Positions 35,701-46,517 are shown, counted from the first letter of the stretch. The stretch is DNA of 64,000 bases from Entomortierella parvispora E1425 (GCA_020891255.1 BQFW01000004.1:930001-994000); one strand, 5' to 3'. Numbers and translations: made by a program. The notes: generated by a model from the sequence alone, not told the origin.

Positions 35701-38700
35701 CAGTCTCGCCCCAGCGGACGTAGACGTAGTAAACGCTCTCGGTGCTGTTGTACAACAACTGGGTAATGTAGGTAACGCCAGTCGACTTCTCGGTCAAGAC
35801 GGCATCGTACACCTCGTCGTCGTAGTAGACATAGGAGGTCTTGGCAATGGGGCACACCTTGTCGACGTGAGCCTTGCGGGTAGTAAGGACCTGGACAGTG
35901 CGCTTCCAGACGCCATCGACCTGAGTCAAGGCACCAGCAGCAGCAACTCCAGCACCAGTGGCAAGGCGACGGAACCAGGAAGATCCCTTGGAAACGGCAG
36001 GCTTGGCAACGACACCAGTCTCCTTGGTAATGACGGTCTCCTTGGCACCCTCCTCGACGATGACATCCTCCTTGGTGGTGTGCTCGAGAACAACCTCCTC
36101 GGTGGTGGTAGTGGTAGAGGTGTGCTTCTCGACCTCAACCTGATCATCCTTCTTCTCAACAATCTCCTCGCGGGTAACCTCGGTGGTGATGGCAGTCTCG
36201 TCGACAACCTCTTCAATCTCCTCGGTCTCCTCGAAGGTCTCGTAGGTCTTCACTTCATAGGTGAAGGAATCGTTGACGGCAGTCTCGCGCTCAGTCCACT
36301 CAACTCCGAACTTGTCATGGTAAGTAACCTGGAAAGCAGTCTTGGCCTCCTCAATGGTCTTGTGAGGTCCCTCGAGCTTGTAGTCAGTCTCGCCCCAGCG
36401 GACGTAGACGTAGTAAACGCTCTCGGTGCTGTTGTACAACAACTGGGTAATGTAGGTAACGCCAGTCGACTTCTCGGTCAGGACGGCATCATACACCTCG
36501 TCGTCGTAGTAGACATAGGAGGTCTTGGCAATGGGGCAGACCTTGTCAACATGGGCCTTGCGGGTGGTAAGGACCTGGACAGTGCGCTTCCAGACGCCAT
36601 CGACCTGAGTCAAGGCACCAGCAGCAGCAACTCCAGCACCAGTGGCAAGACGACGGAACCAGGAAGATCCCTTGGAAACGGCGGGCTTGGCAACGACACC
36701 GGTCTCCTTGGTAATGACGGTCTCCTTGGCACCCTCCTCGACGATGACATCCTCCTTGGTGGTATGCTCGAGAACAACCTCCTCGGTGGTGGTGACAGTG
36801 GAGGTGTGCTTCTCGACCTCGATCTGCTCGTCCTTCTTCTCAACAATCTCCTCGCGGATAACCTCGGTGGTGATGGCAGTCTCGTCGACAACCTCTTCAA
36901 TCTCCTCGGTCTCCTCGAAGGTCTCGTAAGTCTTGACCTCATAGGTGAAGGAATCTAGTTATAAAAAGAGAAATTAATAAGGAGAATCCATGGCAAGCAG
37001 TCGATGTGAGTGCTCGTCTGTATTGCTCTTACCATTGACAGCAGTCTCGCGCTCAGTCCACTGGACACCAAACTTGTCGTGGTAAGTGACCTGGAAAGCA
37101 GTCTTGGCCTCCTCAATGGTCTTGTGGGGTCCCTCGAGCTTGTAGTCAGTCTCGCCCCAGCGGACGTAGACGTAGTAAACGCTCTCGGTGCTGTTGTACA
37201 ACAACTGGGTAATGTAGGTAACGCCAGTCGACTTCTCAGTCAAAACGGCATCGTACACCTCATCATCATAGTAGACATAGGAGGTCTTGGCAATGGGGCA
37301 GACCTTGTCAACATGGGCCTTGCGGGTAGTAAGGACCTGGACAGTACGCTTCCAGACGCCATCGACCTGAGTCAAGGCACCCACTGCAGCAACACCAGCG
37401 CCAGTGGCAAGGCGGCGGAACCAGGAAGATCCCTTGGAAACAGCGGGCTTGGTCACAACACCACCCTCCTTAACCACAACCTTCTCAGTGGTCTTGACAT
37501 CTGCAGTAGCCTGCTGCTCCTTCTTCAGCTCCTCAACCTTGGACTCTTCGACGACCTCCTCAATCTCCTCGGTCTCCTCGAAGGTCTCGTAAGTCTTTAC
37601 CTCATAGGTGAAGGAATCGTTCACAGCAGTTTCACGCTCAGTCCACTGAACTCCGAACTTGTCATGGTAGGTAACCTGGAAAGCAGACTTGGCCTCCTCG
37701 ATAGTCTTGTGGGGTCCCTCGAGCTTGTAGTCAGTCTCGCCCCAGCGGACGTAGACGTAGTAAACGCTCTCGGTGCTGTTGTACAACAACTGGGTAATGT
37801 AGGTAACGCCAGTCGACTTCTCAGTCAAAACAGCATCGTACACCTCATCGTCGTAGTAGACATAGGAGGTCTTGGCAATGGGGCAGACCTTGTCAACATG
37901 GGCCTTGCGGGTAGTAAGAACCTGGACAGTGCGCTTCCAGACGCCATCGACCTGAGTCAAGGCACCCACTGCAGCAACACCGGCACCGGTAGCAAGACGG
38001 CGGAACCAGGAAGATCCCTTTGAAACGGCTGGCTTGGCAATAACACCGACCTCCTTTGTTGTGGTGGCTTCGGTGGTAGTGCCAGTCGACTTGATATCGG
38101 AAACATCGACCTCAGTGTTCACACTTTCGACTGTAGTCTCGATGGTGACATCCACGCCAGAAGTGCTGGTCTCGACAGCCTCCTTGTTAATGACTTGGTT
38201 GTCGACAGCGACAGTCTCGCCCTGGATAGTGCTCAAAACGGTGTTGTCTTGAATGACCGTAGTGGAAGTCTCAGTCTTCTTGACGTTTTCCTCGACGCCA
38301 ATTTCTCGCTCGCGGTTGATGATAGTCGCAGCCTCCTCTTCGTCATATACCTCCTCGACCTCCTCGATCTCCTCAAAGGTCTCGTAGGTCTTGACCTCAT
38401 AGGCCCAGGTGTCGCTGACAGTTGTCTCGCGCTCAGTCCACTGGACACCGAACTTGTCGTGGTAAGTAACCTGGAAAGCGGTCTTGGCCTCCTCGATGGT
38501 CTTGTGAGGTCCCTCGAGCTTGTAGTCAGTCTCGCCCCAGCGGACGTAGACGTAGTAGACACTCTCGGTGCTGTTGTACAACAATTGGGTAATGTAGGTA
38601 ACGCCAGTCGACTTCTCAGTCAAAACGGCATCGTAAACCTCGTTGTCGTAGTAGACATAGGAAGTCTTGGCAATGGGGCACACCTTGTCGACGTGAGCCT

Positions 38701-41700
38701 TGCGGGTAGTAAGAACCTGGACGGTACGCTTCCAGACGCCATCGACCTGAATCAAGGCACCAGCAGCGGCAACACCCGCACCAGTAGCAAGACGACGGAA
38801 CCAAGAAGATCCCTTGGAAACAGCAGGCTTGTTGATCTCAAGAACTGAGGTGGTTGATTCAGTGGTGGTCTTCTGCTCCTTGGAGGCTTCATCCTTGACA
38901 ACTGTCTCGACAACTTGGTGATGAGTGATTGTGTTGTCCTCGGTGGAAACACCAGTGCGCTCCCCACTGACGATTGTGGTAATCTCCTCAACATCATCAT
39001 CAGCCTCAGTGATGTACTGCTCCTCAGTCTCGAAGTCGTGATGCACGATCAACCACTCAGCTATTATTGAAGGAAGCAGTGGAGTCAGTAACTACATTGC
39101 CGCACACTTTTCTGGAACCATACATCATTTCATAATTCGGCTTCCTTACTGTTCGTCACAATGGCACGCTCCTCCCAGGCGACACCAAAAGTCTCGCGGT
39201 ACTTTGTGGTGAAGACAGACTTGGCCTGGTCAACGGTCTCGTAAGGTCCATCAAGAGTGTAATCGCTCTCGTCCCAGCGGAGGTATACGTAGTAAGTCTT
39301 GGTGACAGTGTTGTACAACATCTGGGAGACATAGGTTACGCCAGTTGATCGTTGGGTGAGAATGGTGTGGTAGCTTTCGCTGTCCTTGTAGACCTGAACC
39401 TGATCGGCAATGGGGCACACGGAATCGACCAAAGAGTGGTGGGTGGATGTGGTTGAGCTAATGGAGGTTCCAACCTGCTTTCGAGCCACCTCTCCGCCAG
39501 AGCTCTCCTCGCGGTTTTCGGTGACAGTCTCGTAGGCGATCTCCTCGGTTGACCAGCTCTCGCCGAGAGCGACGGGGTTGTTACGCTCGCTCCACTCAAT
39601 GCCGATCTTATCCGCAAAGGTTTCCTTGTAGGCGATCTCGGCGGCCTCAACGGTCTTGTAAGGACCCTCCAATGAGCCGTTGGTTGAGCCCCACTGGACG
39701 TAGACGTAGTATACCTTCTCGGTGTTATCCAAGAGGAGCTGCATCTCATAGCTCACGTTGGTACCTGCCTCCACCAGGTGAGTTGCCCAGACAGTTCCGT
39801 CACGCTCCACGACAGTGGCATTCTCCAAAGAGCACTGGGGATGAACACGGACAATGTAGCGGGTGATGGTACGGGTGGTGGTGGTCGTGATGGTGTACTT
39901 GGTAATGTACTGGACATAACGAGTGTACACGGTTCTGTACTCCGTAATTTCGCGCTCGATTTCTAAATCAAAATATAAAGATATCGTCAGAACAAAATTC
40001 CTGTTGCATTCTAGTATGAAGCAGTGAGGACATACCATTGTAGTCAGAAGTGTTCTCGGACGCCAACCATCCAAAGTTGGTGGTCTCGTACAACCCTAGG
40101 ATAAAAATATGCCAACAAGTTAGTTCTCTTGCTCATTTAACAGCAGTCACTCTTGCCACCAGAAGGCTCTTCTTACAGACAGTCTGAGAAGCAGATCGGT
40201 CAACCAAGACAGCCTTCTCATTGATAAAATCGACGACGTGGCTGGTGTTGGAGACCAAGGACAATTCTCCTTGCTCAGAGAACTGCCACATCTGACGAGA
40301 AGAGTCCGATTGCTATTAATTGAAAGTAGAGAATGGATCAGTTTGGAGTTCAAAGGAAATGATTAAAAGTGTCCCTTTGAATCACGAACCTTGGAGGCGA
40401 GGATCAAGCCACCCTCAACCGTAGCAGTCAGATAAAGACCGGTCAAACGGTTAATGATGTAAGAATCAACCAACTTCCAGAGCTGAAGCTCAACCAAGGC
40501 ATGGCGCTCTGCAGACGAGAAGCGCTTCTGGACATCAAGGAGAATCGAGGCTCCCTCAGCTCCCTTCTCAAGGAGTTGAGTAGAAGAAATGGAGGCGACC
40601 TTGTTGCCGGCAACGAGGTAGAACCAGGACTCCCTGGGAGCAACGACGTACTGCTCAGTTTCAGCATACTCAATAACCTCATCAGCTATGAACGACGAAA
40701 AGAATGTTAGTCTGACATCAAAAATTAAAGCACAAACTGCCATAATCATGCTGAAACGGAATACATACCACCAGCAGATGATCGCATGACGACCTCCTCG
40801 AACTCCTCGTAGAACTCGTAATCCTCTCTGTTCTCGACCTCGAGGTAAACAACCTCGGTCCAGATGAGCCAAGAGAAGGAAACCTCATACACCAACCCTA
40901 TTGAGATTATAGACACAATTAGTAGCCTTTTCGATTTCAAAAAATAAATAGTGAAGGTACACGCAGGGGTTGCCTTACAGGTAATGGCGGTAGTGCGCTC
41001 AACAAGGGTGACAGATCCATCACGAACATTGAGAGCCAAGTCCGAGTGACCAACAGGGAAGATGTATCCACCCTCAATGGTCCACTTGATGGAGTTCTTG
41101 TGCAAAGCCTGAACCAAACGGGCTCCCTGCTTAGCATCTCCCTCAATGGTCAAGGCAAGACCAGTACGCTTGTTGATCAGGTAGCCATCCTTAAGGGTCC
41201 AGAGCTGGATATCAAGGAGAGCATGCTGGTTGGCAGAAGCGGCGGTGGTCTGGGGGTGGACCGTAGCATAGGCGCCAACCTTCATGTGGTTCTTGCCAAA
41301 GCCGTGGTCGATATCAATAACGTAGCCGTTAGAGGTGCGGATGAAGAAGTACGAGCACTCGGAGAACTTCTCTATCTTGCGGGTAACAGCCTTCTCTCTG
41401 GCCAAGAAGGTGACTTCGCTCTCGTTCAAGGTGTCGAGTTGTTCCTCGACCTGCTCGGTGACAATGGGCTCCAATGTCAACCAAGAGAAATGAACCTCGG
41501 CAAAACTCCCTAGAAGTAGATCCGTTTATCAGTCAATTATTCATTCTTGAGAAATATGCAGAAAGCTCTCGCAATTGCGATTCATCGCGTGATATCTTAC
41601 AGCTGTGGAGGATCTCTCCGCGACGCTCCTTGCGGATGAAGGCGCGGGATCCCTGGCGACCATAAGACAAAAAGAGAACAAACTCCTTGCGGGCAGCGAG

Positions 41701-44700
41701 GCGAATAACTCCGTTTTCAATAATCCAGCGCTGAGTGTCGGCGCCAGTTTTTGTGGTCTGGATCAACTTGGCGTTACCCTCAACTAATGAAACGTTATAA
41801 TTGACAAAAGTCCGTTAGAACTAAGATCCTTTCCTTGCGATTACAGTAATAAGCATGTGCCTGAAAACTCGAACAAAAAGATGAATCCTTACTCTTATCA
41901 ACAGCAAGCGCAAGGTTGGAGCGACGGTTAATGATGAGACCATCCTGGAAGCGCCAAAGCTGGAGCTCAAGAAGGGCATGCGAGTGCTTTCCAGACTTGA
42001 GCTTCTGGTGGGCAAGGTGCACATGAGTGCCGGCTTTAAGATGCTGGATCTGACGACCATGCTCAAGCTCGAGGACAAGATCGCTAATTCCAGACTTCAG
42101 GTAGAACCAGCAGTTGGTTGGGGGGGTCGAGTGCTCGACCACGCGAGCGAGGTGAGTAGTCTCGTATTCCTTCAACAACTCGACATCAGTCTCGACGGAG
42201 GAGTAGTCTCTCTCGGTCTTGAGCCAGGTGAAGTGAACAGCCTCGAATGACCCTATGGGTTGCGAATTAAAAAAAAGGAGCAAGTAGAAACAAATGATGG
42301 TCAATTGATCGCCCTTTTGTTACTGCTTTCCATTCGATCCGACATCTCGAAACTTACAGCGCTGGTCCAAGTTCTTCTTCTCCTTGCGCTCCTTGATGGA
42401 CAACTTAGCACCATCGCGGGTACCATCACCGTCGATATCGAGGACCAAGTTAGGGCGGGACTTCAAATGAATGAAGCCATTTGTGACGGCCCACTGCTGG
42501 TTCTCGTTGTTCTCAGACTTGCGGCTCCACTGGATCACACGGGTGCCGGTAAGCAATGTGGCCTGGGCAACATCAAGAACAAGACCAGTGCGACGGTTGA
42601 TCACGAATCCATCCTGGAACTTCCAGAGCTGAAGCTCGAGAAGAGCATGTCGCTTGGCTGAAGCACGGAGCTTCTGGTGGTTGAGCTCAATGTTGGCACC
42701 GGGCTTGGAGTGGTCACGTAAGAAGCCGTGCTCAACATCCAAGACAAAGCCAGAGGCCTTGGACTTGATATAGAACCAGGCCTCGGTGGGGAACGAAGCG
42801 TGGATGGAGATCTTGGCCTCCTCCATGCCCTCGGTGTAGGAAGCGGAGCGGGAGGGGATTCTCTCGTGGGCTAAGAAAGACGCACGAGCAACCTCCAAGG
42901 TCCCTATTTGATTAAAAAAAAAAGGGCATAAAGCACATCAGTGATCAGAATCGTGACATTAGAACATGAGCAGACCTTTAAGCGATCAGCAAAATAAGCT
43001 TCCTGTGATTATTTTTCGTACAGGCGTTGGTGGTGATCTTGGTGGTCTTGTTCTCGACCAACTGGACACGGGAGCCATCCTTGTTGGACTCGACGTTGAT
43101 GATGAGCTTGGGGTTGTGGCGCAACTGAATGTTGCCGTCGACGAGGTTCCAGAGCTGGTTGTGAAGACCATCCTCCTGTTTCGACAATGTCGGAAAAGAA
43201 GAATCAGTAACCACATCTCATAACATATCGTCAAAACCTGAAACAGCGCATCCTTCAAAAGAGTGTTTCATTACCTCGGTCGTTGCCTTGTGGTGCTGAA
43301 CGAGCTTGACGCCAACGACAGCAGATCGACCATAAATGTCAATGACATAGTTGGTCCTGCGGTTGATGAAGTAGCCATCCTCGTATCTCCAAAGCTGACG
43401 CTCGACAAGGCTCTTGTCCGAGTCCTCCAGCGAACGCTGCTTCTTCATGGAGATGTAAGCACCCACATCAGTAGGGGAGGTGATCCAGCCAGCCTCAAGA
43501 TCCATGACCAAACCGGAAGCAGACTTGATGTAGAACCAGTCATTGCTCTGGATCTCCACCACCTGGGACTTGGTGACAGTTTCTGTGAATGAAAAAAATG
43601 GAAGATTTTTTAGGTCAGAAATCGGGTACACGAAGGTTATTTGCTTTCAAGTCTTTGGGACAATCACGACATGTTCAAATTCTTACCGATGATGGTGCGG
43701 GTGATAATGCGGTCAGAGGACAACCACTCGTATGTGGCCAATTGGAAGACCCCTATTGTACAATGAAAGGCTAGGTGTTAGGCAGGATCGTTTTTGAGAA
43801 TGAAATATGATAGGAGCCTCTTGCTGCTCATAAAAAAAAAGCATCCGAGATTTACATTGCTGGTCGAGGTTGTTCTGGGCCTTGGGGCGCTGCAACGACA
43901 AACGAGAGCCAGCCTTGGAGCCATCGCCCTCGATATCGATCGCGAACGTGGGCTTGCCCTGGATGACCAAAGCTCCGTTGACAGACTCCCAGCGCTGGTG
44001 CTGGGCCTCCTTTCCTTGCTTGGACACAGCCTGCATGAGGCGGGCGCCATAGCGGACAACACCCTGCTTGCAGTCAAGCACATATCCCGATCTCCTGTTG
44101 ATCAACTGACCATCCTGGTACCGCCAGAGCTGGGACTCGATTGCGGCATTGTCACCGTTGGTGGCGGTCGTCGCCTGGGTGCTGGTGATGACCAGGTTGG
44201 GTGCCATCGAGTCACCTTCGACATCAATGACATGACCAGAGGAGAGCGACTTGATATAGAACCAGCCATTGAGGGGCAAGGTGGTCGTAGTCGTGGATTG
44301 CACGGGGGCGGGGACAACGACTGTGGTAAAAAATAAAAGGATAAAAAAAAAAGTTCAGCAAGGGCTGAGTGATCCGATGGCATTGATGCGGAATTTAACC
44401 AAGATTGTGGTCATGGCTCTTACTTTCACGCTGCTGAACCTCGATTGTGCTGGTGCTTGCGGGGGCAACCAACCATGCAAATCTGGCCTCCTCGAGGATC
44501 CCTAGTTGAGAGAGAAAAAAGAAAAAAAAAACGGGAAAGAAGGAATGCACGTTCTAATATTAGGCTTCGGCTCTGAATGTCTCGACCTTCCCGCTTGCCT
44601 CGCTCACAGGTTCGGTGCAATCAAGCGATTAAGCGCAGAAAAAAAAAGTAAAAGGACCACTGCTTACATTGCTGGTCTGCGTTAGCGGTTGCCTTGCGCT

Positions 44701-46517
44701 CGCCAATGGCAATCTTGGCACCATCCCTGGAACCATCTCCGTCAATGTCCAAAACGAGACGGGAGTTGTAAACGTTGGCAATAAAGCCGTTCTCGTAGAA
44801 CCAGTGCTGGTTATGGGCATCCTATACAAGTCAACGAGGGAAAAAAATGCACCCCAAAAGTTAATTAAGGCCCTCCTCCATGGTAAAGCAATGCACAGAA
44901 TCGAGAACATTCTGTTGATCTGTACCTTTCCAGACTTGCGCTGCCACTGAACAACACGGGCGGCAAGTTTGAGAGTGCCTGCAAGTGAAGATTTAAAGAA
45001 TGGGAATAATGAGGTGTAAGCCACGGGTCATCAAAGCTCAATGACATGAGCACATGAACAAGATGCATACCTCCTTGGATATCAAGAACAAAACCAGTGC
45101 GACGGTTGATCAAGAAACCAGACTCATACCGCCAGAGCTGGAGCTCAAGAAGCGAATGCCGACCATCACCATTGTCGATCTTTTGGTGGTTCATCTCTGC
45201 GCGGGCACCGGCCTTCATGGGATCGGTGAAGTAGCCGTGCTCAATATCGACAACAAGACCAGAGGCCTTGGACTTGATGTAGAACCAGCTGGTGGGGAAG
45301 TTATCTGGTCTGATCGAGAGGGACTCTGCTCTGGAAGGTGAAGGCGAGGCGGGACGGCTGTCTCCACCACCATTGTAGTACCCTGGATAGATTCAAAAGG
45401 CGATATGAGCATGAGCATGAGTAAGAGCAGAACCAGCCGTTGTGAGCACCCATTTCATCGTTTTCTGCTTCCAGAGCACCCTTTGCTCTGTCAGCACTGC
45501 AGCTGCAGTGCTGATGCAGTTCAAAGAATGACAAACAAAGCTCCAGAAGAGCAGACAGACTATTGTCGGTCTGCTCTTTTTTTTTTTTTTGTCCATTCTT
45601 ACATTTTTGCCTCTCGTTGTATGCCTTCTTCTCTTGGATGATGATACGGGTGCCGTGGCGAGAGGGGTCACCGTCAACGGTGACAACGAACTTTGTGTTG
45701 CTAGCCAAGGTCAGCACACCGTCGTCATTGAGCCAGTGTTGACCAGCAGCGTCCTATAGGATACCAACAGTGTCGAAAGTGCCTGTGTGAGTGATCTTGC
45801 GCAGGATGACCATGTTGTGGGGGTTTTTTTTTTCTCTTCTTTTACCTTGCCAGTCTTGCGAACGTTTTGAATGACACGCGAGCCATTGTGGACCCCACCT
45901 GTAATTGGAGTAGATGATACTTGGGGGTCAGCTTACTCAAGCACAACATAGTATTCACAATCGTACGCACAGAAACAGATCCTGCTCAGCGGCTTCTTCT
46001 GGCGTCTTCTTCCCGTCCCCTGAATTTTCATGCATGCAACTTTTTTCGATAGAAAACACAAGGAATCTCCTCTTGGTCCAAAGGGGATTCCCACGGGTCA
46101 TCCGTTGAACAGTCAACTGTCCTCAGAAAAGGGGATGAAAAATGCCTGCATCCATGGTCCCATGCTCTCTGTTGGAATAATCCTCGGTCTTCAATTGAGA
46201 CAAAAAAAGGCACAGAAGAGCACTGAATCTTTTTTTTTTTTACCTTGGACATCCAAGACGTGACCAGTTCTCACGTTCACAATATAACCATCCTCTGTCC
46301 TCCAGAGCTGCTGCTCCAGCAAGGGAATGGAATCTGCGCTGCTCTTGATAGGCTTGCGGTTGTTCAACTCAACACGCGCGTTGGCCTTGAGGGGATCCTT
46401 CAGGAACCCAGACTCAATATCGAGAACGAGTCCGGAACCTGATTGGATATAAAAAGTGCCCGAGGGGAAGGACAAGACTCTGCTAGATCTAGCCGAGGAT
46501 GAAGGGGAGCCTGCCAT
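17762..46517 (-). CDS. Giant multi-exon protein (about 8,000+ aa): 8 ricin-type beta-trefoil domains, 30 WGR-like domains and a unique C-terminal domain; Gellin-like
   Basis: Start MAGSPSSS at 46517. Successive minus-strand exons join in frame across GT..AG introns down to TAA at 17762, with no intervening stop/start or intergenic gap visible. Not every small exon in the 40-46.5 kb part was fully resolved. Confidence 0.8.
18640..39060 (-). repeat. Coding tandem array of 28 near-identical units (684 bp coding standard unit, about 585 bp short variant, about 762 bp with intron), one WGR-like domain per unit
   Basis: 28 copies of ...YVYVRWGETDYKLEGPHKTIEEAK.AFQVTY.DKFGV.WTERE counted from about 18835 to about 38530. 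Confidence 0.95.
39150..39860 (-). other. Two divergent WGR-like domains preceding the homogeneous array
   Basis: VHPQCSL...YEMQLLLDNTEKVYYVYVQWGSTNGSLEGPYKTVEAAEIAYKETFADKIGIEW and VDSVCPIA...YVSQMLYNTVTKTYYVYLRWDESDYTLDGPYETVDQAKSVFTTKYRETFGVAW. Confidence 0.8.
40100..46470 (-). other. Eight tandem ricin B/CBM13-type beta-trefoil domains (coding part of the giant gene)
   Basis: Recurring pattern WFYIKS.SG.V.D.E.G ... LLE.QLW.Y.DG..INRRTG.VLD ... Q.W...NG.I......VLDIDGD. Domains start near 46460, 45290, 44270, 43540, 42780, 42100, 41350 and 40625. Confidence 0.85.

Noticed and set aside
18708-38848. Long plus-strand ORFs (up to 464 aa, L/G/D/V-rich) across the array
   Set aside because: They are exact antisense shadows of the codon-biased minus-strand exons, break at the minus-strand introns, and show no domain-like motifs.
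18640-39060. Interpretation of the array as ~20 separate small tandem genes, a satellite or a transposon cluster
   Set aside because: ORF breaks coincide with canonical GT..AG introns that restore frame. There are no promoters, TIRs/LTRs or transposase/RT motifs, and many junctions are seamless.
18640-39860. Functional PARP gene
   Set aside because: Only WGR-like modules are present. No PARP regulatory or catalytic (H-Y-E) domain, BRCT or Zn fingers are visible.
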